A stretch of DNA of 64,000 nt, from assembly GCA_047456315.1 (NCBI GenBank), contig CP179889.1, positions 56,966 to 120,965 on the forward strand, given 5' to 3'. The stretch is from Candidatus Nealsonbacteria bacterium (GTDB taxonomy: Bacteria; Patescibacteriota; Minisyncoccia; Minisyncoccales; JANBVM01). Position numbers and translations under genes: made by a program. The notes beneath the pieces are model-generated. The model worked only from the letters and a program-made list of their open reading frames with translations. It was not told the DNA's origin and did not search any database. Every line of letters starts with the position of its first letter. The first letter of the stretch is position 1. Shown piece after piece: positions 9,748-19,995 of this stretch.

Positions 9748-11229
9748 TTATTTCACTCTCGGGAAAAGAGATTCTCTTTTTTCAATATCAAAAACATATT
9801 GTTTATCGTCGATTTTCATTCCAAGCTGGCATAAAATTTTCTCTGAAGTTTCAGGTAAAAATGGCTCTAATAATTGAGCAATATTAGTAATCGTATAAAG
9901 CAGATATAAAATATGTTTTTTTTGATTTTCGCTTTCTTCCCAGAGCTTATTCTTTTCAATACATTGATCGCAAAAACTAATTAATTCCCAAATTGAAATT
10001 AGAGCTTCATTGAATTTAAATTCTTTTAAAGCCTTTCTGTATTTTTCTTGAGCTTTATCTATTTTCTTCTGGAAATCTGTATTTTTAGCTTCCTCAACTC
10101 TTAAAACTTCAGTTTTTATTTCTGATTTCTCTGCCAAACTTAAAACTCTTGACACTAAATTACCAAGCCCTTTTGCTAAATCAGAATTATACCTTTCTTC
10201 AAGTCTTTCATAAGTAAAGTCACCGTCTTTAAATGGCGAGATTTCGCGCAGGAGAAAATATCTAACTGCTTCTGTGCCATATTTTTCAACTAGTTCAAAT
10301 GGATCAACAACATTGCCCAAAGATTTTGAAATCTTTTCGCCACCAACAGTTATGTATTCATGAATAAAGACTCTATCAGGCGCAGATAAACCAGCTGATA
10401 AAAGCATTCCTGGCCAGTAAACTGCGTGGAATCTTAAAATCCCTTTTCCAATGACATGAAGCTTATTATTGTTTTCTTGCCACCACTGCTTAAACTTTTC
10501 ATCATCTTCTGCATAGTTTAGGGCAGTAATATAATTTGCAAGTGCGTCAAACCAAACCCAGATAATCTGATTAGGATCACCAGGCACTGGAATACCCCAG
10601 CCATGAGCCCTTTCCTTTGAACGGGAAACACAAATATCTTTTAATCCTGAATTGATAAAACTTAAAACTTCATTTTTTCTGGTTTGAGGAATAATTTTAA
10701 TTTTATCTTTCTCGATTAATTCTTTTAATTGATTTTGATATTTAGAAAGTTTAAAAAAATAATTCTCTTCTTCAATTAACTCTGGCTTTTTCTTGTGTTC
10801 TGGACACAAACCATTAACAAGCTCTTTCTCTATATAAAACTCTTCACAATCAACACAATAAAGCCCCTTATACTTCTTCTTATAAATATCTTTTTTACAA
10901 GCAAGCCATAACTTTTCAACCCCTTTTACATGACGCTTCTCAGTTGTTCTGATAAAATCATCAAAGCTTAAATTAAGAACCTTTTTAAGGTTTTTAAAAA
11001 TTTCTGCATTTTTGCCAACAAACTCTTGAACCGGCACATTAGCTTTTTCAGCAGCCTGAACGTTTTTCAAACTATTTTCATCTACTCCGGTTAAAAACAA
11101 AACCTCCTCACCCAATGCTCTATGATAACGAGCTAGAACATCTGCCTGGATTTTTTCAAATGCATGGCCAATATGAGGGTTTGCATTCACATAATCTATT
11201 GCTGTTGTAATAAAAAACTTGCTTTTCAT
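9748..11229 (-). CDS. metG: methionyl-tRNA synthetase
   Basis: HIGH motif (HIGHAFEK), KISKS motif, and a Zn-knuckle CxxC...CPEH. Confidence 0.92.
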   Translation of the reverse strand: MKSKFFITTAIDYVNANPHIGHAFEKIQADVLARYHRALGEEVLFLTGVDENSLKNVQAAEKANVPVQEFVGKNAEIFKNLKKVLNLSFDDFIRTTEKRHVKGVEKLWLACKKDIYKKKYKGLYCVDCEEFYIEKELVNGLCPEHKKKPELIEEENYFFKLSKYQNQLKELIEKDKIKIIPQTRKNEVLSFINSGLKDICVSRSKERAHGWGIPVPGDPNQIIWVWFDALANYITALNYAEDDEKFKQWWQENNNKLHVIGKGILRFHAVYWPGMLLSAGLSAPDRVFIHEYITVGGEKISKSLGNVVDPFELVEKYGTEAVRYFLLREISPFKDGDFTYERLEERYNSDLAKGLGNLVSRVLSLAEKSEIKTEVLRVEEAKNTDFQKKIDKAQEKYRKALKEFKFNEALISIWELISFCDQCIEKNKLWEESENQKKHILYLLYTITNIAQLLEPFLPETSEKILCQLGMKIDDKQYVFDIEKRESLFPRVK

Positions 11230-11307
11230 ATTATTCCATTACTTCTTAATCCTTATATAAAAATTGGCCTATTTCAAGGCCTGTTCTTTGTTTAAAAAAG
11301 CATAACT

Positions 11308-12333
11308 TTAATCAACCAGACCGTCTTTTTTCCTTTCCTGCAGAAAATCTCTTAAAAACTCATAAATTATACTTGTCAAAGGAATTGCTAAAATTGCTCC
11401 TAAAAACCCTGCTAATCTTCCACCAACAAGTACAGCTATCAAAACTAAAATAGCAGGCAGTCCAACCAGCCTTCTAGTTAAAATTGGAGTGATAATATTT
11501 CCCTCTATTTGCTGAATCAAAATAAAAGCCAATAAAACAAACAGGGCTTTAAACCAGGAATCCAATGCTGCTAAAATAGTTATTATTGTGCCAGCAAAGA
11601 TAGGGCCCAGCACTGGAATAATGTCCATTACTCCTGCAAATAAACTTAGCATTGATGCATAATTTACATTTAAAACATTCAAGGTGATGTATGAAACTAG
11701 TCCAACAAACAAACTGCTTAAAATTCTTGTTCCAAACCAGGCAGCAGTTTTGTTCTGACACCTTTGCCATAAGTCCTGAAAATATCCTTCACTTTTTTTA
11801 GGAGCAAGGGCTTCAATTGCTTTTTTAACCTCCTTTTCTTCCATTGAAAAGAATATAGCAATAGCAAAAATAGTAACTGTTGAAAAGATTCCTCCAAAAA
11901 TAGAGACTAAAACCCCAAAAATACTTGAAGATGCTTGTATTAACCAGGTCTGCAAGGCCAAGGTAAAGGTTTCAAAATTCTCAAAAGCCTCCAGACCCAA
12001 TCCCCTTAGAGGAGGTGATAGTTTTCCGAAATACTGAGGAAAAAGCTGGGCAAATTGTTGTATTTCAAACACAAAAACAGGCACTGTCCAGTACAGAATA
12101 AAGCTCAGCAGTGCAAACACACTAACATAAACAAAAAGCGTGCCTATGACCCGAGGAATTCTTCTCCTCTCTAAAAAGTTGATTACTGGATTAAATAATA
12201 CTGAAATTACTAAAGCAAAAATAACTGAAACTAAAATGTCTCTTATCGAGTAAAGAGTGTAAAAAACTAAAATAGCAATGCTGATTTTTAGAATTGTTCC
12301 CCAAGATATATCTAAAACTCTTTCTTCGTCCAT
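11308..12333 (-). CDS. AI-2E family transporter (PerM-like permease)
   Basis: 341 aa with multiple TM segments and the typical AI-2E architecture. Confidence 0.7.
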   Translation of the reverse strand: MDEERVLDISWGTILKISIAILVFYTLYSIRDILVSVIFALVISVLFNPVINFLERRRIPRVIGTLFVYVSVFALLSFILYWTVPVFVFEIQQFAQLFPQYFGKLSPPLRGLGLEAFENFETFTLALQTWLIQASSSIFGVLVSIFGGIFSTVTIFAIAIFFSMEEKEVKKAIEALAPKKSEGYFQDLWQRCQNKTAAWFGTRILSSLFVGLVSYITLNVLNVNYASMLSLFAGVMDIIPVLGPIFAGTIITILAALDSWFKALFVLLAFILIQQIEGNIITPILTRRLVGLPAILVLIAVLVGGRLAGFLGAILAIPLTSIIYEFLRDFLQERKKDGLVD

Positions 12334-12341
12334 AGTTTAAA

Positions 12342-13607
12342 TTAAAGTTTTAATATTTTTTTAAATTTCTCTTTATTTTCAAATGGACCAATCAAAGCTA
12401 AGTTCAATTTCTGTGGCTGAAAAATATCTTTAGCAACTTTTAAAATATCGTTTGAACTAACTTTATCAACTTTTTTAAAAATCTCTTTTAAGGTTAAAAT
12501 CTTTCCCTCTAAAAGCTCTTGATTGGCAAAAAATGAAGCCAAAGCATCAGAAGGTTCCAACAGAAGCGCTGTTTTTCCTTTAATATAGTCCTTAGCTTTT
12601 TTTAATTCCAAAGTAGGAACTTTTTGTTTTGAAATTTTCTTGTATTCTTCTAAAACTGCTGAAATTACTATTTCTATCTTTTTATTATCCACTCCAATCT
12701 GGGTTAATAGATAACCAGAATCAGGATTTGCTTCAGAGATAGTACTGATGTAATAAGCTGCACCCAACTTTTCCCTTATTTTAGCAAATAAACGAGAACT
12801 CATCATTCCTCCTAAAATAACAGCTAATAGTTTTTGGGCGTGTCTTTGAACATGGAATAAATTATATGCCCTTACTCCTAAACATAAATGGGTCTGATCA
12901 GTTTTTCTTGTTTGAATAATTATTTCAGGACTGGATTGTCTTTCAACAACTGATTGTTTTTTTGCTGGCTCATCTTCTTTTATTTTTGAAAAGTATTTTT
13001 TAACTTTTTTAATCGCCAAATCACTATTTATGTTTCCAGCAACACAAACTATTGTGTTTGATGCCACATACTGACCACTCATATAATCAATCAACTTCTT
13101 TCTTGTCATCTTAGAAATATTCTCTTTTGTTCCAATAACATCCCAGCCAGCAGGCTGATCACCATATAAAAGCTTGGACCACAAAACATGAACATAGGTC
13201 ATTGGATGGTCTAATCGCATATTGACCTCTTCAGTAATTACTCCTTTTTCTTTTTGAATTTCTTTTTCAGCTAAGGTTGAATTTAGGAAAATATCAGAAA
13301 CCCAGTCCAGGGCTATCTCAAATTCTGTTGCAATTGTTTTTGCATAATAGCCGGTATACTCTTCAGAAGTAAAAGCATTGTATATTCCACCAATTTTATC
13401 CAGTGTTTCAGCAATGTCCATTGTTGAAGGTCTTTTTTTTGTTCCTTTAAAATACATATGCTCTAAGAAATGAGAGATTCCATTAACGTCTTTTTTCTCA
13501 TATTTAGAACCAGTCTTTACTAAAACTAAAACTGTGACAGCCTGGGTGCTTTTCTGAGGAACAGTGATAATCCGCAGTCCATTTTTAAGAGTTGTTTTTT
13601 TAAACAT
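12342..13607 (-). CDS. M16-family (insulinase-like) zinc peptidase
   Basis: HFLEHMYFKGT inverted zinc-binding motif (HxxEH). The likely true start is the ATG at 13607 (MFKKTT), because the ORF-track TTG start overlaps the upstream terminator T-run. Confidence 0.85.
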   Translation of the reverse strand: MFKKTTLKNGLRIITVPQKSTQAVTVLVLVKTGSKYEKKDVNGISHFLEHMYFKGTKKRPSTMDIAETLDKIGGIYNAFTSEEYTGYYAKTIATEFEIALDWVSDIFLNSTLAEKEIQKEKGVITEEVNMRLDHPMTYVHVLWSKLLYGDQPAGWDVIGTKENISKMTRKKLIDYMSGQYVASNTIVCVAGNINSDLAIKKVKKYFSKIKEDEPAKKQSVVERQSSPEIIIQTRKTDQTHLCLGVRAYNLFHVQRHAQKLLAVILGGMMSSRLFAKIREKLGAAYYISTISEANPDSGYLLTQIGVDNKKIEIVISAVLEEYKKISKQKVPTLELKKAKDYIKGKTALLLEPSDALASFFANQELLEGKILTLKEIFKKVDKVSSNDILKVAKDIFQPQKLNLALIGPFENKEKFKKILKL

Positions 13608-13630
13608 AACTATATATTTACATTCTATCA

Positions 13631-13800
13631 AAAAACCGCCTATTAAGCGATTTTATCTTAGCTCAGGCGGTAGGATTCGAACCCGCCTCGGTCGCCCTGT
13701 ATGCATAGGCGTCTCGGTCTCTCGAACAGTGCGCAAGATTGATGGAGACCCTGGACGATTTTCGAATCTTCAAGAAGGAAATTATTAGCAAGCGCCCGAA
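13631..13800 (-). ncRNA. GC-rich structured repeat element, copy A. It has a tRNA-T-arm-like core and an intrinsic-terminator-like 3' hairpin.
   Basis: Minus-strand sequence ...TTCGAGAGACCGAGACGCCTATGCATACAGGGCGACCGAGGCGGGTTCGAATCCTACCGCCTGAGC..., followed by CCGCC...GGCGG plus TTTTTT. It shares this core with 5 other loci in the window. Confidence 0.5.
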
Positions 13801-13834
13801 ATTTTAGGTATTCCTCTTTCCTATTTCTGGCTTC

Positions 13835-14413
13835 TTATTGAGAAGTCTCGATAGGAAGATTGTTTGGTGGAGAAACGATTTTCTTTCGTCTTTTAGTTCG
13901 CTCCTTAAGATACTTTTTTAAAAAGAATCCTCCCGAAAGAATCGCTAAAATTGCGAATATCCAAATTGAATTTTGGGAAATAAATCTTAAAACAGAAGCT
14001 AAAAATATTAGATTTTCTTCCTCAACATTTAATTGCACGGGGACTTTAACTCCAGGATTAACGCTAAAACTCTGACGATCTAATGGTTTAGCTAAAACCG
14101 AGAGATTAATCGCTTTTCTCCCCTCTTCTTTAGCCAAAAAAGTAATTTTAACTTCTTTATTTTCTCCTGCCTCTAAACGGAAATTGCTTGGCTCAATTTT
14201 TATCCACTCATTTAATTCATCAGGAAAAACCTGAAAAATTCCCGCTTCTTGGGAAATGTTATAAATTAAAATTTTAGCTTTTTTAGGCTGACCAACCTCT
14301 AATTCTAAGTCTAAAAATGAAGGTTTAGTTCCGATTCCAATAGCTAAAGCTGAATCAAAAGAGAAAAGGAAACAAAAAACAAAAAGTAGAATTGTTAAAA
14401 TCTTAAATTTCAT
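13835..14413 (-). CDS. hypothetical secreted/membrane-anchored protein
   Basis: 192 aa with an N-terminal signal peptide and a C-terminal TM plus basic tail. Confidence 0.5.
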   Translation of the reverse strand: MKFKILTILLFVFCFLFSFDSALAIGIGTKPSFLDLELEVGQPKKAKILIYNISQEAGIFQVFPDELNEWIKIEPSNFRLEAGENKEVKITFLAKEEGRKAINLSVLAKPLDRQSFSVNPGVKVPVQLNVEEENLIFLASVLRFISQNSIWIFAILAILSGGFFLKKYLKERTKRRKKIVSPPNNLPIETSQ

Positions 14414-16161
14414 TATTGATTAGCAATTGCCCAAAAAGTTAAATCACCCTCTTTAATTCCAAGATCTGTCCAGCCGGCAGGGATAGTTAATCCGACTAAA
14501 ACATTTTTCTCTGATCCAGTATTAATAATAGTGCTAAATTCTGGCCAATCTAATTCCTCTAAGGTAATATTTTCTCTAAAAATCTGCTCGCCACTAACAA
14601 TTCCCTCAAGATATATCCTGAGATCACCAGTATTAGTAATTACTAATAAATCACTGGCTTGAGCCCCGGGAGCTAATTGACCAAAATCAATCTGATTTTT
14701 GTCAATGATAAAAGCGATTTCTGGAACTGGTGGAGCTGGCTGGATTATCTCTACTCTCAACCCAACATTTTGACTAATTCCTTCTCCGACTAATAAACTT
14801 ACCTGATTAGTTTGGATAAAACCTGATTTTTCAGCATAAACTTGATAAATTCCTAGAGTATTAATGATTAAATCGGCTTCACCATCATTATCAGTGATAA
14901 AAGTCAGACTTCCAACATAAATTATAGCTTCAGCTAAGGGTTTCCATTCAGAATCTTCAAAATATTCCACTTTGGCTTCGAGATTATTTCCTGGATTAAC
15001 CTTTTGACCAGCCAGAGTTAATCTGATAGGTAACCAACCCCATTCACCAAAATACCACAAGACCTCATCGCCCGGTTCTAATGTATAGTCAGCTGCCCCA
15101 ATCATTGGTATTTCATAGTTAACAAAATAAAGCCAGCCAATTAAATCATGAGCTTCTTCTTCATTAATCTTTTTTAAATAAGGTCCCCAACTGGTTTCCT
15201 CAATCAAATAAGTATAGCTACAGACTTGGGCTCCATTTTCAATAATATCTAAGGCAGTAGTTGCTTTTACTTTTGCGTCACAAATATTGTTATTCTCTCC
15301 TTCAATTCTTAAATGATGTAACCTATTTATTGGATAATAATTTTCAGTTAGGGCAATTACTGCATAGGCAGTTAAAATTGGATAATCCTTATCTTCGGAG
15401 GCAATCCATTTAAAAGAGCCATCTGCTTTTTGTAATGATTTTAAGTGATCAACTGGATTTTGATCATTTTTCTGCCAATCGAAAGGATCCTGACCTAATT
15501 TATAAATTGCTGAGATGACCCAACCATCAGAGCCAGAATCGGATGGACCTGCAGGAAGATAAGGAAAACCACCATCATCATTCTGGCTTGATTTTAAATA
15601 ATCAATAGCTTTAATGATTGCTGGATCCTGAGAAGAAATCCCAGCTTCTAACAAAGCCATAATTGCAGCTGCTGTATCATTGGTGTCACTCTGGCCTAAA
15701 AGAGCATAACTCCAGCCACCATTTTCATTTTGATTATTTAAAATGAAATTTTTAGAATCTTGAATGATTTGATCGGAAATACTTTCACCAGCCGAAACTA
15801 AAGCCAAAATTCCCCAGAAATCATCATTTAATAAATCAGGAGAACCAATTTGATTATTTTGATAAAAGCTTTTCAGTTGAGTAACAAAATCAATATTGCT
15901 AAAAGTTTTTGGATTTTCGCCTGCAGCAATTAAGGCCAAAATAGTTTTTTCATAATCGGTGGCTAAGTTGCCTGTAACTTCTTTTAAATGGTTTAGATCT
16001 AAATCTATTTCGCCAGCCGCTACCAAAGCCATTGTTATCCAGGGATCGGGAGTCTGGGCTTTAAGGTAATTGATGGTAGAATTATCTATTTCCGCCAGAC
16101 CTGGTAAAACTAACGAAAAAATTAAGGTTCCTGCCAGAAAAAGTAAGATTGTTTTTTTCAT
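14413..16161 (-). CDS. secreted protein with terpenoid-cyclase/prenyltransferase-like (alpha/alpha toroid) repeats
   Basis: Signal peptide; repeated segments such as NENGGWSYAL, DDGGFPYLP and SDTNDTAAAIMALLEAG resemble PF00432/PF13243-type repeats; the C-terminus is beta-rich. Confidence 0.5.
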   Translation of the reverse strand: MKKTILLFLAGTLIFSLVLPGLAEIDNSTINYLKAQTPDPWITMALVAAGEIDLDLNHLKEVTGNLATDYEKTILALIAAGENPKTFSNIDFVTQLKSFYQNNQIGSPDLLNDDFWGILALVSAGESISDQIIQDSKNFILNNQNENGGWSYALLGQSDTNDTAAAIMALLEAGISSQDPAIIKAIDYLKSSQNDDGGFPYLPAGPSDSGSDGWVISAIYKLGQDPFDWQKNDQNPVDHLKSLQKADGSFKWIASEDKDYPILTAYAVIALTENYYPINRLHHLRIEGENNNICDAKVKATTALDIIENGAQVCSYTYLIEETSWGPYLKKINEEEAHDLIGWLYFVNYEIPMIGAADYTLEPGDEVLWYFGEWGWLPIRLTLAGQKVNPGNNLEAKVEYFEDSEWKPLAEAIIYVGSLTFITDNDGEADLIINTLGIYQVYAEKSGFIQTNQVSLLVGEGISQNVGLRVEIIQPAPPVPEIAFIIDKNQIDFGQLAPGAQASDLLVITNTGDLRIYLEGIVSGEQIFRENITLEELDWPEFSTIINTGSEKNVLVGLTIPAGWTDLGIKEGDLTFWAIANQ

Positions 16162-16445
16162 ATATTTTAAAACCCACTCTCTTCGAGTGGGTCAAATTAT
16201 TTCAAAATTAAAATAACCTTTTTCCCTTAGGCTCGAAGAGAAAATTAAAATTCATGATAGGCAGATCAGTTTTCTGGCTTATCCCATTTTGGGCTTCACA
16301 GCTGCGGCCCAGCGCCTGATTATAACAGGACTTTCCTGACTGTCCCTAAATATTAGGGCTGCCTTTTTTTTATTGTTTCAATTTTATCTTACTTTAGAAA
16401 ATGAACCTGTCAAGTGAATAACTTTGATGGTTTTTAATATAAAAA

Positions 16446-16640
16446 CCCTCGGGCGAAAAATCTCAGCTTTGCAGGCCGGACCCAAACCGGAGGCGGCTCG
16501 GTTGCCCAAACCGAACACAAGCCTGCTCCGGCGGTAGGACTTGAACCCCTCTCGGTCGCCCTAACGCCATAAGCGTCTCGGTTTCTCGAAAGGCTCGCTG
16601 CTGGGCTCCGGGGGCTGGACGAGGTTAGAGCCTGTTTTAT
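16446..16640 (-). ncRNA. GC-rich structured repeat element, copy B
   Basis: Minus strand carries ...TTTCGAGAAACCGAGACGCTTATGGCGTTAGGGCGACCGAGAGGGGTTCAAGTCCTACCGCCGGAGCAGGCTTGTGTTCGG... in strongly GC-rich intergenic DNA. Confidence 0.5.
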
Positions 16641-16842
16641 GACTTTTTCTCAGGTATGAAATAAATAAACCATACAAACCAAACAAGCCAAATGGCTCCT
16701 GAAAAATTTCCACTTAAAAGTCCTTGGATACCCCTTATCCCCATAAATCCGAGAAATCCTAACATCCAATTTTCTCTCATCATAAATATTTTAATTTTAA
16801 ATTTAATTAAAATATTTCAGACCTTTCATTTTCATTCTACCA

Positions 16843-16924
16843 AAAAACCGCCTGATTGGCGATTTTTAATGCGGCTCGGTCGCTCGAACCGAGTACAAGC
16901 CTGCTCCGGCGGTAGGACTCGAAC
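16843..16924 (-). ncRNA. GC-rich structured repeat element, copy C (3' module). It starts immediately after the glyS stop codon.
   Basis: Minus strand GTTCGAGTCCTACCGCCGGAGCAGGCTTGTACTCGGTTCGAGCGACCGAGCCGC...AATCGCCAATCAGGCGGTTTTTT. The 3' part is near-identical to the copy at 25642-25708. Confidence 0.5.
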
Positions 16925-16925
16925 T

Positions 16926-18326
16926 TTAACGCTCAATTTTCTTTTTTAAAAATTCAACTAACTCTTTTATTTTTACTCTAACTTGCTTTGTTGTATCACG
17001 ATCACGAACAGTGACATCATCTTGTTTTAATGAATCATAATCAATAGTAATACAAAATGGGGTTCCTATTTCATCTTGAGAATAATAACGTTTTCCAATA
17101 TTACCTCTATCATCCCAGGCAGTAGAGAATTCTGGCCTCAGTATTTCATAAACCTCTTTTGCTTTCTTAACCAGCTCTTCTTTATTGGCTAACAAAGGAA
17201 ATACTGCTACTTTATATGGAGCTAAATATGGTTTTAGTTTTAAAACAACTCTATCTTCTTTTTTTCCTTTTTCTTCAAAATAACTATCCAGTAAACAAAC
17301 CAGAAACGACCTGTCCATTCCAAAGGTTGGTTCCACTACATGAGGAATAAATTTTTCTTTTGTTTTTTCATCAGTATAACGCAAATCAACTCCTGATTTT
17401 TCCATATGATTCTTCAAATCAAAATCAGTCCTATAAGCTAAACCATAAAGCTCTTTAAAACTACCAAAAGGAAAATTATATTCTAAATCTTCTGTTTTTT
17501 TAGAATAATGAGATCTTTCATCATCTGTGTGTTCCCGCCACCTTAGATTCTTTTTATTTACACCCAAAATTTCAGTTGTCCATTTCCACATTTCTTTTTT
17601 CCAATAATCAAATAAATCCTGCCGTTTTTGTTTTTTAGGATTAAAGAAATATTCAAACTCAGACAGATTAAATTGAAGAGTTCTAAAAATAAAATTACCC
17701 AATGTTATTTCGTTTCTAAAAACAGCACCTGATTGGGCCAAACCAAAAGGTAATTCAGGTGATTGAGAATCTAGAACATTTTTAAAATTAATAAACATTC
17801 CCTGAGCAATCTCTCCCCTTAAATATGCCTTAGACCTGCTTTCATCAACAATACCAATATGAGTTTCAAATAAAAGATTAAATTGTCTTGGCTTTGTCCA
17901 ATTAAAAGCTTTACATGATGGACAAGCAACTTTCTCTTTATCAATAATCTCTTTCATCTTCTCAACACTAAAACCTTCAACTTTTATTTCTTTTCCTTTT
18001 TTCCTAAAATGATCTTCAATTAAATGATCAGCCCTGATTCTGCTTTTGCATTTCTTACAATCAATTAAAACATCAGTAAAACTATCAGTATGACCTGAAG
18101 CCTGCCAGACCTTAGGACTCATAATGATTCCTGAATCAAGGCCATAAATATCACTTCTCTTTTTAACAAAATGTTTCCACCAAAGATTTTTAATATTTCT
18201 CAAAAGCTCAACTCCTAAAGGACCGTAATCATAAGTATTAGCCAGCCCTCCATATATTTCAGAGCCAGGAAAAATAAAGCCTCGTCTTTTTGCTAATGAT
18301 GTAATTTTTGCCATTTTATCAGCCAT
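16926..18326 (-). CDS. glyS: glycyl-tRNA synthetase (alpha2 dimeric type)
   Basis: The N-terminus (MADKMAKITSLAKRRGFIFPGSEIYGGLANTYDYGPLG) is diagnostic of class II alpha2 GlyRS. Confidence 0.92.
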   Translation of the reverse strand: MADKMAKITSLAKRRGFIFPGSEIYGGLANTYDYGPLGVELLRNIKNLWWKHFVKKRSDIYGLDSGIIMSPKVWQASGHTDSFTDVLIDCKKCKSRIRADHLIEDHFRKKGKEIKVEGFSVEKMKEIIDKEKVACPSCKAFNWTKPRQFNLLFETHIGIVDESRSKAYLRGEIAQGMFINFKNVLDSQSPELPFGLAQSGAVFRNEITLGNFIFRTLQFNLSEFEYFFNPKKQKRQDLFDYWKKEMWKWTTEILGVNKKNLRWREHTDDERSHYSKKTEDLEYNFPFGSFKELYGLAYRTDFDLKNHMEKSGVDLRYTDEKTKEKFIPHVVEPTFGMDRSFLVCLLDSYFEEKGKKEDRVVLKLKPYLAPYKVAVFPLLANKEELVKKAKEVYEILRPEFSTAWDDRGNIGKRYYSQDEIGTPFCITIDYDSLKQDDVTVRDRDTTKQVRVKIKELVEFLKKKIER

Positions 18327-18328
18327 AT

Positions 18329-19990
18329 TTATTGAACCGCTCCGTTAGTTACTGTTGGATCATCGGGTAAAGTGGTATTAAGAGCTGAAGTTGAACCCTC
18401 AATTATGGCCTGAGTCCAGCTGTCTTCAGCCGTGATCTGTGCTTTATTAATTATATTTGGAATTAGACCTCTCTGATATGCAGCAGGAGTAAAGGTAACC
18501 TGGAAAGCAATTGTCAGAGGCTGCTGGGTAACCCCAATCCCTCTTTCTAAATCTCCTGCCAGCCAGACAATTTCTCTTGACTGAGAATCAAAGGTAAATC
18601 TCTCAAGCTCTGGTTCTGGAAAAACTCTGCCAGTCAATTCTATGTTTTGAGGCAAGGTTGCTTTTACTTTTGCGTTTTTCACATCTGAATAATAATTCCT
18701 AATATGCCACATAATCGTATAAGTAGTAGCTTGGCCTACTTGAGGCGGAACAGGACCAGAATTACCAAAAACCTCATCCTGAAAATATGCTTTTTGGTCT
18801 ATTCCAAGCTTTGAACCAATTTTTGTAACAAATTCTTCTTTAACCTGCCCAATAAATACTTTATTCTTTAAGACAGGGTTTTTAACACTGCCCAAGTCAT
18901 CTTTTAATTTTATGAAGAAATCAACCTTGCCCTCTTCCATTGGAATCAAGTATTGAAGGTCTGGAACCCTTCTCCAGTCAAAAACAATAGAATTATCTCC
19001 TGCCTGAAAAGCTCCGTAATCAGACTTTATTGTTTGAAAATCAAAAGCTTCTCCTTCTAATTGATTAACCATAAACAAATTACTGACACTATCTTCCCCC
19101 ACGTTTTTAAAGTAAATCTCATAGTGAAGCCAATCACCAGGCACAGCCACATATTGAGGATTACTGTTGATTTCTTGTCTGATATAAAGAGAATGCCTGA
19201 CCATTTCCACCCCTTTTATAGCTTCTTTTAGAATAATGAATTCACCATTTTTCCAGACACCTAGCTCAGCTTTAAAAACTTTTGCTTCCCCTAAGTCTCC
19301 AGAAAGCCTGCCTGATATCTCAATTCTTCCTCCCTCTGATTTGTTTAAAACAGGAATTTCCCATTCTGTCTGCTCAATTGATTTAGGAGTGGAGTTAATA
19401 AACTCAAAACCATAAGGATATTCAATCTGACACCTTAAATTAGTTAAAAGATGCTCAATATTTGAAAAATAATTAATGCGAAAAATAAAATCCTTGCCTG
19501 ATGCAACCTTAGAAGGCAAATCAAAATCAAATGTCAGGGGAGCTGATTTAATCTGACTGGTAAACTCAGAAGATGACTGGTACCTTGCTTTTAAGTCCTT
19601 TGGCTGATAGCTCAAAGATGCTTTGGTAATTTTAATATCTCCCTCTTTTCCCAAAATACTTATCTTGAATGAAAATGTCTTTTCTTCTCCTGGATAAATT
19701 GCCTCGCCCAATTCTTCTGGACCTAAAATCTGTCTTTCAAAAAATTCTCCGTCCTTTATAGAATATTCAGGCGCTTCAAAAACAAGCTCCGGGTTGTCTA
19801 AACGAAACTCTCCCTTGTTCTGGTACCTGACAACATATTCCACTTCTTCTCCTAAAGTAATTTCAGACGGCCCCAAAATATCCAATCTTAAAAGTTCTTT
19901 TGAATAAACATTCTTTTGCCAATTCCAAGCAAACCAGATTGCTCCTGATAATATGACTGCAATAACTAAATAATTTAAAATCTTTTTCAT
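18329..19990 (-). CDS. hypothetical membrane-anchored extracellular protein
   Basis: 553 aa with an N-terminal TM and a long beta-rich ectodomain. Confidence 0.5.
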   Translation of the reverse strand: MKKILNYLVIAVILSGAIWFAWNWQKNVYSKELLRLDILGPSEITLGEEVEYVVRYQNKGEFRLDNPELVFEAPEYSIKDGEFFERQILGPEELGEAIYPGEEKTFSFKISILGKEGDIKITKASLSYQPKDLKARYQSSSEFTSQIKSAPLTFDFDLPSKVASGKDFIFRINYFSNIEHLLTNLRCQIEYPYGFEFINSTPKSIEQTEWEIPVLNKSEGGRIEISGRLSGDLGEAKVFKAELGVWKNGEFIILKEAIKGVEMVRHSLYIRQEINSNPQYVAVPGDWLHYEIYFKNVGEDSVSNLFMVNQLEGEAFDFQTIKSDYGAFQAGDNSIVFDWRRVPDLQYLIPMEEGKVDFFIKLKDDLGSVKNPVLKNKVFIGQVKEEFVTKIGSKLGIDQKAYFQDEVFGNSGPVPPQVGQATTYTIMWHIRNYYSDVKNAKVKATLPQNIELTGRVFPEPELERFTFDSQSREIVWLAGDLERGIGVTQQPLTIAFQVTFTPAAYQRGLIPNIINKAQITAEDSWTQAIIEGSTSALNTTLPDDPTVTNGAVQ

Positions 19991-19995
19991 AATAA

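Noticed and set aside
13661-13726. Interpretation of the GGTTCGAATCC-containing repeats as ordinary tRNA genes
   Set aside because: A 5-bp T-stem and a 7-bp acceptor stem cannot be formed around the TTCGA(A/G)T loop in any copy, and no D-arm (AGYGG / GG...GC) is present. The copies also share sequence well outside the T-arm (GGGCGACYGAG upstream, TACCGCCGGAGCAGG downstream), which independent tRNA genes would not do.
13564-13788. 74-aa plus-strand ORF across repeat copy A (and analogous ORFs 16692-16949 over copy C, 24703-24894 over copy D, 25556-25753 over copy E)
   Set aside because: These ORFs run through GC-rich structured repeat elements and terminator hairpins. Their Arg/Gly/Pro-rich translations reflect the GC content, not a coding signal.
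16162-16530. Possible RNase P RNA, SRP RNA or 6S RNA in the long GC-rich non-coding stretches
   Set aside because: I could not find the universally conserved P4 (AGGAAAGUCCGG...ACAGAA), SRP domain-IV, or 6S bubble signatures. The sequences instead match the multi-copy repeat family, and single-copy housekeeping RNAs would not be repeated six times.
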